A stretch of DNA of 16,906 nt from Salpingoeca rosetta (taxonomy: Eukaryota > Protista > Choanoflagellata): the NCBI GenBank assembly GCA_033442325.1, contig JAWQFM010000008.1:1455012-1471917 (forward strand), written 5' to 3'. Under the pieces are notes generated by a model. The model was not told the DNA's origin, did no database searches, and saw nothing but the letters and a program-made list of their open reading frames with translations. A program made the translations under genes and the position numbers. Below, piece after piece: positions 1 through 12,784 of this stretch; within the stretch, counting starts at the first letter, position 1; each line of letters starts with the position of its first letter.

Positions 1-107
<107 letters not shown>

Positions 108-200
108 TGGCTATCTGTGTGAATCACAAGAAGTCACCATACCACAACGAAGGACACAAGAATCAACAGCAGTGTTTTGTAAACGTGTGTGTGTGTGTAC

Positions 201-2419
<2,219 letters not shown>

Positions 2420-2860
2420 GGCGATCGGAGTCGGTGGCGGAACGAGTGGGGGAGGGAGAGCCTTGGAAGGCTGGAAGGTTTCGTCTCAACAAGCAAGCAA
2501 ACAACAGGTGTTGGAAGGGTCGTGTGCGCTGTTGTTGTTGTGCGAGCGACAGGAGGAGGAGAGAAAAAAGGGGTAAGCAGAAAACACGAGAGAGCGGCGT
2601 GCTCAAGAGACACAGGTGATAATTCGATGAAATCATAGTCACTTTTCTACATTGCGAATGCTGTCAAACTTGACAGGTCTGCACACAAACCAAACACACA
2701 AACCAGCCAAGAAGCAAGCAAAGCAGTGCACCAACCAACCTCCTTGCATCTTGCTTTGCTTGTTTGTTTGTGTTGCTTCTGCACTGCTGCTTGTGTTGGG
2801 AATCAAGGTTGTTCGTTGTTGCGGTTGCTGGTGGTGTTCTTGGTGGACCATTCCTGTCGC

Positions 2861-2908
<48 letters not shown>

Positions 2909-3056
2909 CGTCGTTGCCTTCGACCCTCTCGCAGTTAATCTGGCGCACGTCAACAACACACATCACCACTACAACTACAACAAGTACCACAAGCACCACA
3001 AACACCGCCACCGAGAATCACACCAACAGCACACAGTGCTATCTCTCTCACACGCC
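2420..3056. promoter_or_regulatory. Compact divergent intergenic region / likely bidirectional promoter plus 5' UTRs
   Basis: 637 bp between the head-to-head start codons of genes 1 and 2. Inferred from arrangement only. Confidence 0.45.
2865..2906. repeat. (GCT)14 trinucleotide repeat
   Basis: Perfect run in the divergent intergenic region. Confidence 0.97.
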
Positions 3057-4559
3057 ATGAGTGATCGCAAGGACGCGTTCAAGCCGCTGCGCAGCCGCAA
3101 GGCGGCCCAGCAGCGCCACAAGGAGCGTCAGCGAGACGCATCACACCAGCGCCGCATGAAGAAGACTGCCCTCATGCATGCAAAGCGCATGATCGATGCC
3201 GAAGATGCCTCCCCAAGCCCCACGCCCATGGACCAGGACGCTGTTGCTGCCGTCGATAGCGAGAAGCTGGTTCGTGTACATGGATATGTGCGTGTGTGCA
3301 TGCGTGTATTTGTGCTTGTGTGCATGCGTGTATTTGTGCTTGTGTGCATGCGTGTATTTGTGCCTGTGTGCATGCGTGTATTTTTTCTGTGTGTGTGTGT
3401 GTGTGTGTGCGTACATCTGTATTTCTGTCTCTCTACCCGCCTGCATGCCTGCCTGTCTCTCTATTTGTCCATCTGCATGCCTGTCTGTGCTACTACCCAT
3501 GTCACTTGTTGTGGTCATGGTCACCGACTGCTCATTTCACCTGCACTTGCTTCCATCTACCTTTACACCCGTCCTCCCCCCCCCCAACAACACACTCACA
3601 CACGCGCACGCACGACCATGCGATGCGGTCGCAACAGGTGGAAGAGAAGTACAGAACCCTGCGCGGAGGCGCGGAGGAGGAGCGTCCCAGTGCCCTGCAG
3701 GTTCTGAGAGACGTGTTCCGCGCAGAGCCAGACGCCGCTGCCGCTTTCCTTCGGTGAGCATGATTGTGCGCTACACGCCTGTACAACACTGCTCTCCCGC
3801 TTCCACCATCAACCTCGCGCACTGCGCCCTCATTAACCCCCCCCCCTTCCTTCCATTCCAGTTACATCCGCACGCGCTTCTCACATTCTCCTGTACCTGC
3901 TGTTGCTCTGCGTAAACCCAGCCATGATGACGCCACAACGGTGCTTGTGAACGTGTTGAAGGATCCTGCCTGTGCGCTCGCTGCCTGTGAATGCATCACC
4001 AACCTCGCCGCCTCACCAGCGGCCCACAATGCCGTGAGTAGTCCATCCAGTGTGCCCTGCGAAGACCGTCAGTTGCACGACTGTGGTTGGGCTGAACTAC
4101 CACCAGTGGTGGTACTTGTGGTGCTGTTCTTGCTGCTGCTGCTGCTGTTGTTGTTGTCGTCATTGTACGCATCGCGGTTGTCGCTTGCCACCCCATCGCA
4201 TCACACGTGTTCTGCGGCTGCGGTATCAACACAGGGCCTTCCGCTGGTGGTGCCGACGCTGCAAGAGGTCCTGGCGGCCTCCACCAGCCCCGAACTCACC
4301 CGCCAGGCCTGCTGGGCCATTGGTAACATTGCCGCGGACGGACCAGGTCCGTGCTAACACATGTGCCCGTGCACCTGTCTGTGTGCGTGCCGTGCCTGCA
4401 TGTGTGCTTGTCTGCGGGCCACTGATTGCTTCTTCTGAATCCTTGTCCCGCTTCCTCGCGGCCCTCTCATCCCCTCAGACGACTGCTTTCTCTTCTATCC
4501 CTGACCTGACTTTTTCCATGGTGTGTTCCCCCGTGTTGCTACTCACCTTCATCCCCCCG

Positions 4560-4601
<42 letters not shown>

Positions 4602-4691
4602 CACTCTGTCAATGTTGTGCAGAGGCCCGCGATGCTGTTGTGGCCACGCCCGGCTGTGTTGATTCCCTCATGCAGCTCCTCAAGGTGCGCG

Positions 4692-4770
<79 letters not shown>

Positions 4771-5533
4771 GCACTTTCTGGGGGAAAAAGAGGCAAATCG
4801 GGGCCCACCATTGGCGATATAGAGATATCGCCGAGAGACCCCCGAGTCACATAATATTGAGAACAACACGTGTGTGTGTATATCAGTGTATGTCTGTGTC
4901 GTGACACCCCCGCTCTAGGGGTGTCACCCTTGTGACCCCGTTTCTATATCTTTTTACACACATANNNNNNNNNNNNNNNNNNNNNNNNNNNNNNNNNNNN
5001 NNNNNNNNNNNNNNNNNNNNNNNNNNNNNNNNNNNNNNNNNNNNNNNNNNNNNNNNNNNNNNNNNNNNNNNNNNNNNNNNNNNNNNNNNNNNNNNNNNNN
5101 NNNNNNNNNNNNNNNNNNNNNNNNNNNNNNNNNNNNNNNNNNNNNNNNNNNNNNNNNNNNNNNNNNNNNNNNNNNNNNNNNNNNNNNNNNNNNNNNNNNN
5201 NNNNNNNNNNNNNNNNNNNNNNNNNNNNNNNNNNNNNNNNNNNNNNNNNNNNNNNNNNNNNNNNNNNNNNNNNNNNNNNNNNNNNNNNNNNNNNNNNNNN
5301 NNNNNNNNNNNNNNNNNNNNNNNNNNNNNNNNNNNNNNNNNNNNNNNNNNNNNNNNNNNNNNNNNNNNNNNNNNNNNNNNNNNNNNNNNNNNNNNNNNNN
5401 NNNNNNNNNNNNNNNNNNNNNNNNNNNNNNNNNNNNNNNNNNNNNNNNNNNNNNNNNNNNNNNNNNNNNNNNNNNNNNNNNNNNNNNNNNNNNNNNNNNN
5501 NNNNNNNNNNNNNNNNNNNNGTCGTCGTCGTCG

Positions 5534-5627
<94 letters not shown>

Positions 5628-7183
5628 AATATTGTGTGTGTGTGTGCAATATTGTGTGTGTGTGTGTGCCCGATGGAATACTCGTCTCTGTCTCCGCTCG
5701 CGCATGCCCGTGTCCACGGCACTGCTCGTGCCATTTCCACGTCTGCTGTTGACACTGGCCTTGTGCCCACCACCCAACTCGCACGCGTCTCAGGCATATT
5801 CCCCTTTGCGGACGAGAAGCTGTTTGACTTGCTGGAGCACTTGCTGCAACTACCATCAAAGTACGCTTGCATTGCGGTCTCGTTGCCCCCTTGCTCCTGC
5901 CCGCCCGCCGCTATCTTCAGGTTTTGGTGGTCGATTGACTTGGGTGCCTCACACATTACGCATTGCCAGGGTCATTCTCCTGGAGACGGCGTGGTTCATC
6001 GGAAACCTCGCCGGTACGCCGTGAATGCCCCTCTCCTCTTCACATCCTCCCAATTCAGCGAATCCTGTCTTGCTTTGGCGTTCGTGGTCTCCTCTGGCAT
6101 GTATTCCCTGCTACCTTAACGCCGACTATTTACAACTGCCTCCACCGCCGCCGTCAACAACACAACCAACACCAACACAGGCGCAAACCCCGACTTTGCT
6201 GCTGGGATTTTCCAACACGATCTCCTCATCCACTTGAGGAACTTGCTCGAGGAAACAACAGAACTGCAGCGAGAGGTGCCGTCCAAGCTGCAACACATTC
6301 GCATGCCCACCAACATGGCATGAACTTGCTTGCACGATCATGCACTGACGTTTGCTTTTGTCTTCCTCATCTTGTTTTGCCGTTCTTCTCATGCTTGACA
6401 CACCGTTGTTGCAGGTTTCGTTTGCGGTGCTGAACATGGCCACATCCAACCCGACCTGTATCGATCCCCTCATCAAGAACACCTTTCACACAGGTTATTT
6501 CCTCGCTCACGCCCCGATCCCTTGTCTCTCTTCTCTGCCTTGACCTCAACGCATGTGAGCAGCAGTCCCTAACCCTCGCCCTGAAATGGCTGACACACAT
6601 GACCCCCCCCCCACATACACACACACACACGCACGCACAAACACGCACATACGCACGCACGCACGCGCGGTGATGTGGGGCGTTCAGGGATGTATGCACT
6701 GCTGAAGACGCCCGACTTTGACTGCACGCTCAACTGCCTCGGCTTTGTGGATGTGCTGATGACGGAGTACGGCCCCGTTGGCCGCGACTTTGTGCCAGAT
6801 CACGTCGTGGACGTCATTGAGAGTTTGCAGTACAGCGACGCTGCGGTGAGCGCCAAATGTGGACTCTGTCGTTGCTGCTGCCCAGGATGGGTGGCTGCTG
6901 GTGTACTTATGGTGAGCAGTGATGCCTGCACATGCCAGGCCTCAGAGCCAGGGCCTTGCACCTCATGATTGGCGTGCTGGCATGTATCTGTTTGCGGGGG
7001 TTTGTTGCAGAATATCAAAGCGCTCGCAACATCCATTGTGGAGCGCCACTTCAACTACGACGAAGAAGAGGACGATGCCAACCTCGATGACCAGGTGAGA
7101 CCAACAACACCTCGCTCGTTTTTTTTTTTTGGGGGGGGGGAGGGTGTCACGAGCACCACAATGCACACACACACGCGCGCGCG

Positions 7184-7217
<34 letters not shown>

Positions 7218-7411
7218 TACATACACACACACACACGCACGCACACACACACTCACTCACTCACACACACACTCACACACACACGCACGCACACACACTC
7301 TCTCACACACACACACACACACACTCACTCACTCACTCACTCACTCAGCGTCCAGCAGTGGACGCAAGTGCATACCCGGAATCGCGCCTCAACGCCTCCT
7401 TCAACCCGTAG
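3057..7411 (+). CDS. Divergent importin-alpha-like armadillo-repeat protein (TMCO6/IMPA9-like); middle exons missing in assembly gap
   Basis: Exons 3057-3269, 3638-3753, 3922-4033, 4235-4346, 4623-4684, [gap], 5794-5860, 5970-6013, 6181-6275, 6415-6493, 6688-6845, 7011-7094, 7349-7411 (last exon least certain). All are GT-AG and phase-consistent on each side of the gap. Basic IBB-like N-terminus (RKDAFK...RRMKKTALMHAKR); ARM motifs ECITNLAAS, QACWAIGNIAADG, ETAWFIGNLAG, REVSFAVLNMA; importin-like tail IESLQY...ATSIVERHFNYDEEEDD...ASFNP*. Confidence 0.8.
3294..3383. repeat. 24-bp minisatellite x~3.75 (gtgtgcatgcgtgtatttgtgctt), intronic
   Basis: Three near-perfect units and one partial unit. 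Confidence 0.92.
4561..4765. repeat. (CA)n (4561-4598) and (GT)n (4695-4765) flanking the 62-nt exon 4623-4684
   Basis: Two mutually complementary perfect dinucleotide runs. Confidence 0.95.
4965..5520. other. Assembly gap (556 N)
   Basis: Run of N, followed by (GTC)n(GT)n on the right. Confidence 1.
5521..5668. repeat. (GTC)5-(GT)n compound microsatellite
   Basis: Directly visible, with two gcaatatt interruptions. Confidence 0.95.
7164..7346. repeat. Compound (CA)n/(CG)n/(CACT)n microsatellite, last intron of gene 2
   Basis: Directly visible; runs up to the acceptor at 7348. Confidence 0.93.
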
Positions 7412-7867
7412 ACGGCTGAGTGCGAGGGCTTGTGTGTGTGATGACGCAACAGCTGCATGCGCATGACATCACTGCGCCCACACACACCCACACGCCTCTC
7501 TTCCTTGTTTTGCTGCGGCATCTGCTGTTACACAAGTTCAACCAGCTTTTCATTCAAAGCACATAAATAGAGCACTCCAATGAATGTCAGCAAGTTGGAA
7601 ATCTCCACGGTTCAGCCGCAAGGCGAGCAGAACAACGCACAAGAACAAAGCAACAACATGGCACTCACAAGCTATCTGCGATTGAAACACACACGCACAC
7701 TAGACATACACACGAAGGAAAGGCTCAGACCACAACTATCAACCCGCCCAAGGGAGACGAGCACAAGCACACAATATGCGCAAGCATGTGAGATGAACAC
7801 TATGAAGAAGAGTGGCGGTACAAAGAGGAAGGATAAACAAGGGAGGGGCACGAGACAGCATCGTTCC

Positions 7868-10024
7868 TCACGATCGGCCTTTGATGGGCCAAGCAGTTGG
7901 CTTAAGGCGGCGCTTGGTGAGTGAAAACCACTCACGAACGGTCTCCATATGCTCCGTGCCAACTTCAGCCTTTGCGGCACGCTCTGCACGCGTGCGCTTT
8001 GACCGCAAGCGCTTGCGTGTGCGCTCAACAATCGCCGCCAGCTCATCCAACGACAGGAAGTAGTTGACCTCCTTGAGTAGGTTGGTGGGGTCGTCATCGT
8101 CGTCATTGGCAGCGTCCTTGCTGCGCCCAAATGCACGCCGGCATGTCTTGCGCATGAGGGCGGCCGTCACCTCGCCTGTGCCGGCCCTCCTAGCGGCGGT
8201 GCGGACACGGGCGACAATGGTGTTGCGGCACTTGACGCAGAACACCTTAGAAGGGGACGAGGTGAAGAAGGCGTTGCCCACGTCGCCACCGCACACAAAG
8301 CACGCCGCGTTGCTCGGCTCGCACGCCACAGCGACCAGCGTCTTGTCTGCGCAGACGGCCCTGTGCTCCTCCAGGTCCTGCGTCACCACGCGCAGCATGG
8401 CCGCGCACAGGGCAGCGTCACGCGGCAGGCGCTTCTGCTCCCGCAACAAGACACAGCGCGCAAGGTGGCGGCGCGGAACGATGTGGTACGTCGCACCAAA
8501 CATCGACACATACTGCAGCGCGCAGGCCGGCGCAAGGTTCCACGACACATGCACGCATGCACTCAGCGCCTGACGCCAACAACCAAGATTTTGAAGAGGG
8601 GGGGGGTAAAGAAAGAGGGGTGGAGCATGAAGACAAACAAACAACATGCGTGTGCCAAAATATAGGTGAGTGGTTGAATCGCTGCGAGCAAGTATCAAAC
8701 ACAGTGCACTCGCAGAGAGTCACACACACATGCACACACACAAACATGCACATACACACATGCACATACACATACACACGCACAAACAGTGTGTGTGTGT
8801 GTGTCACACAGATACACACACTATCTATCCATCTATCGTGTCACACAGATACACACACTATCTATCCATCTATCATCTCAATGCGTGCATGCATGCACAC
8901 ACAACCAAGGCAGGAGAGAAACTCACCCGAACCCAGTGAAGGGTGCCTGGGTTGACGAGAACAGCCTCGCCCGGCCCTTGGATGAACCGCACCAGCGGAA
9001 TGTTCTCCTTATCGAGCTCGCCAGGTGTTGGCCACCATGCTTCCTTGAAGTCGATGCCCTTCTTCTTGCAGAGCGACTTGACGCGGCCCACGTGCTGCGG
9101 AGCAACGCCGTACCACACGCACGACCCCGGCCCGACGTTGATGTTGATTGCCATCAGGTTGTTGTTCTCCTGGCGTGCCGTCATTGAAGTGCCCGGGAGA
9201 TGAATGAACATCTGCGGGCTGTTGATGCCCTCGATGGGGTCGAGCTCTGCCAGCATGGTGCTGCCGCCGCGCCAGTGCAGCTCGTCGGGGAGGGCGTCGC
9301 TCAGCTCCTGCAACTGCTCAGTGAACACGGCCTGACACAGGTCGATGTTCGTGGCGAACAACACGCCCTTTCCGCGCGGAGAAACACGCGCACACAAGTC
9401 GTCGACAAAAGCAGACGTCGCCGATGTCGCAGCTGGCAACGGAAGGGGTGACAGCGGCACGCTTGTCACAAAAGGCAGCGCCCTCTCCTTGGGTGGAGGC
9501 GAGGCCAAGAAGACGCACTTCCACGACGCGGGCGGTGCCAGGATCTTGACGGACAGCATAGCCAACAAAGATGGGGGTGGTGGTGGCGGCGACGAAGGTG
9601 TCATGAAGATCTCGTGCTTGCCCCAGCGAAAAGTCCAGCCAGTGCAATACGCCTTCTTGAACTCAGGAATCTTGGCCCGTTTTCGCGGCAGCTCATCCTC
9701 CATGCTAAAGTCTTCGCCAGCAGCTTTAACAGCTGCCCAGGAGTTCACAGCTTTGGAGACACATGCGGAGAGGGACACGACCGCCGTGAACTCGGAAACC
9801 CTCCACTTGTTGATGCGCTTCTGTACGTGTGCCATGCGGTCGTGGTAGGAGATGGACTGCAGCTTGTCGAAGGAAAACGCCGGCAGCGGGTACTTGGTGG
9901 TGAAGCCCGGGTAGCGGAGAAGCGGTGGGCTATCGACCGTTGGCGTGGGCAAAACACCGGGCCCAACGCCGTTGGTCGTCAGGCACGCGTCCTTCCACAC
10001 CACTGACGATGCAGTCCGAGGCAT
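7868..10024 (-). CDS. KDM6 (UTX/JMJD3)-like JmjC protein with C-terminal C4 zinc-binding domain, ~599 aa; catalytic His substituted
   Basis: Exons 10024-8927 (accATG; donor gtgagt at 8926) and 8569-7868 (acceptor cag; TGA). Motifs collinear with KDM6: FATNIDL, GINSPQMFIHLPG, QENNN, ININVGPGSCVWY, WWP, RFIQGPGEAVLVNPGTLHWVRALSACVHVSWNL, then CFVC...CVKC. The start may be preceded by upstream exons. An alternative 3' end is possible via donor gtgagt at 7935 and mini-exon 7675-7665. Confidence 0.85.
8801..8874. repeat. Perfect 37-bp tandem duplication in the intron of the KDM6-like gene
   Basis: gtgtcacacagatacacacactatctatccatctatc at 8801-8837 and 8838-8874. Confidence 0.93.
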
Positions 10025-11447
10025 GGTGCAGGATAGCGCGCAGGGGATGGAGAGAAGGGAGAGAGAAGACTGGTGGTGGAGGAGGAGAGCGGGTGGGTGG
10101 CGGAGACGGAAGCTGAGGGGGGATGGGAGGGGGGATGGAAGGAGACGGAAGCTTAGGGGGCTGGGGAGATGGGTGGAGGAGAAGAAGGGCGGAGGAGAAG
10201 AAGGGTGAGTGATGGACACCACCAGACACGGAGAAGAAGAGGCGTGCGTGGGACGTACACAGGCACCACAGGTGCACAGAGAGAGAGGATAGCACGGGTG
10301 CACTCAAGCAACCGACCCGATATCAGTGGCCCAGATGAAAATGAACAGGAAGGATGGCGCTGGGCCATGCATACATGCACGTATGAAAAAAAGGAGGAAG
10401 GGAGGAAGAGAAGAAGAATTGAACAATGAAGTGCACAACAAGCAAGGCAAATGCTCTGTGTGTGTGTGTGTGTTTGTGCGCAGCTCAAAGTTTGCGCGGG
10501 AAGTGAAATTCGTTGCCAATGCAAGAAAAGTGGGAAAGGTGCCGAGGACGCACGCAACGCACACAGCGCACAGCGCCGCCGATGCACAGCAGGCGTGGTG
10601 GATATGCCCCCGTGGCCACAGGCGGAAAACTGCCAACACTGGCGCGAAAGGCAGCGATCCCCCAAGCAAGGGGCGCAGCGCACAGGCCGCAGTGCGACAA
10701 AGGTGTCCGTGTTCGTGTGTGCGTGCGTGTGGGCGTGTGGGCGGGGGCGTGTGACAGCACGCAAGAGCGTGCTGGGTGGAAGGTGAGAGGAAGACAGTAC
10801 GAGGGTGAGTGCTTGAAAGGACCGTGATAATGAAGGGGGAAGGAGGAAGAAGAGGAGGCTGTTGAGAACAGACGAGGCAGGGGGAAGAGTCGTGGTAGCT
10901 GCCACAGAGAGGCGCTAAGGAAGAAACTGGTTGCTGTCTCCTTCAATGCGCAGGAGCGCGCGCTCATGCACATGCGCACACGCAAGAGAGTGTGCTTGGA
11001 ATAGACCGCACAAGACAAGAGGAGAGAGAGAGATGGAGAGAGATGGAGAGAGATGGAGAGAGAAGCGCTGGCGCCCGCAGCAACAATGGCAACGCTGGCA
11101 ACAGCAGCAGTAGCAGCGCGCCAACAGTGGTGCAACAACTGCAACAACAACAAGCGCCAGGTGCGGAAGAGACAAAGACAGAGAGACACGGAGAGGGGAA
11201 GCGAAGAGCTGGTTGCCCGCGTGCCAACATCAAAGAAACAACACATTGGCCAAGAAATGGATAGTGCAGTCGGCGGCGCAGTCAACCCAACCAAAAGCAA
11301 GCCACGCAGGCAGGTACAGAGAGCTTGCTTTGCCGCGCGATAGAGGAAGAGAAGAAGAGAAAGTTGGTGGACGCGGGTTTGGCGCCAACGCTCCCTCAGC
11401 CAAGCACCATCAGTCCTTCATCACGAAATGTGACGAGCACATGGCAG

Positions 11448-11449
<2 letters not shown>

Positions 11450-11516
<67 letters not shown>
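11450..11516. repeat. (GT)n microsatellite
   Basis: Perfect dinucleotide run. Confidence 0.97.
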
Positions 11517-11518
<2 letters not shown>

Positions 11519-12417
11519 TCAGTGCGTGTGTATGTGAGAGAGAGAGGGGGGTGGGCGTGCAAAGAGCACATCCACTGAAGAGAGGGAAGGAAGACGGGGG
11601 GAAGAGGAGATGGAGGTGGGAGAGGTGTGATGGGAATGGACAGTAGGAGAGGAAGAGAGGAAGGGAAAAACGAAAAAGAAGTATGAGCAACCGTGTGCCA
11701 CCGCCGCAAAGGGAGCCGCAAAGGGAACCACGTGCGTGGATGAAACAAATGCAGCTGGCCGTGCAGCGCGCGATGACATCAACAAACACGTTTGTCATTC
11801 CCCAACCACCCAAACACACACACACACGCGCACACACATCAACAAACACACGCACACACATCAACAAACAGAACCGAAAAGACGCAACCACCAGCACAAC
11901 AAAACAGCAGAGGAAGAGGAGGAAGAGGATGGAAGAAGAAAGAAGAAGAAAGGTGTGGGTGAAATACACACACACACACACACACACCAACAATAACAGC
12001 ACGACAGCGACCAGTGTGTCTCACCTGCTGCTGCTGTTGTTGTTGTTGCGAGGAAACGATGACGAATTTCGGAAGCAGCGTGGTTGGGGCATGGGTCCAC
12101 TCACACCCATTTCTTGATGGCTGATGCGAAGAAGCGCTCCGCCATGTTCATGTGTGTCCACTGCTCAAGTTGCTTGGGTTGCGGCTTGCCTGGCTGTGTT
12201 GTGTGGGAGCCGGTGCGGATTCGCTGTGGCACGGATGAAAGAGGTCGGTGCCGCACCTCATGAGGAAAGCAGCAGCAGCAGCAACAGCAACAGCAGCAGC
12301 ATGAACGCTTCTTCGTTGCAATGCACAGCATCACCCTGTGTCCGTGGCTTTTGTTGCTGCTGTCATCATCGCGTGCTTCTCATGCTGTTCCGTCATCATC
12401 ATTCCAATGACGCCGAG

Positions 12418-12782
<365 letters not shown>

Positions 12783-12784
12783 CG

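Noticed and set aside
2652-3056. Hydrophobic N-terminal extension of the importin-like ORF
   Set aside because: It derives from low-complexity TTG/GCT/CAC repeats; ATG 3057 (gccATG) starts directly at the IBB-like segment.
4850-4927. taatattga near a stem-loop, suggesting a CRESS-virus replication origin
   Set aside because: It mismatches TAATATTAC, is not in the hairpin loop, and no Rep ORF is visible.
11053-11448. Possible small plus-strand gene (MATLATAAV...; AIEEEKKRKLVDAG...)
   Set aside because: No recognisable domain and no convincing phase-consistent exon chain.
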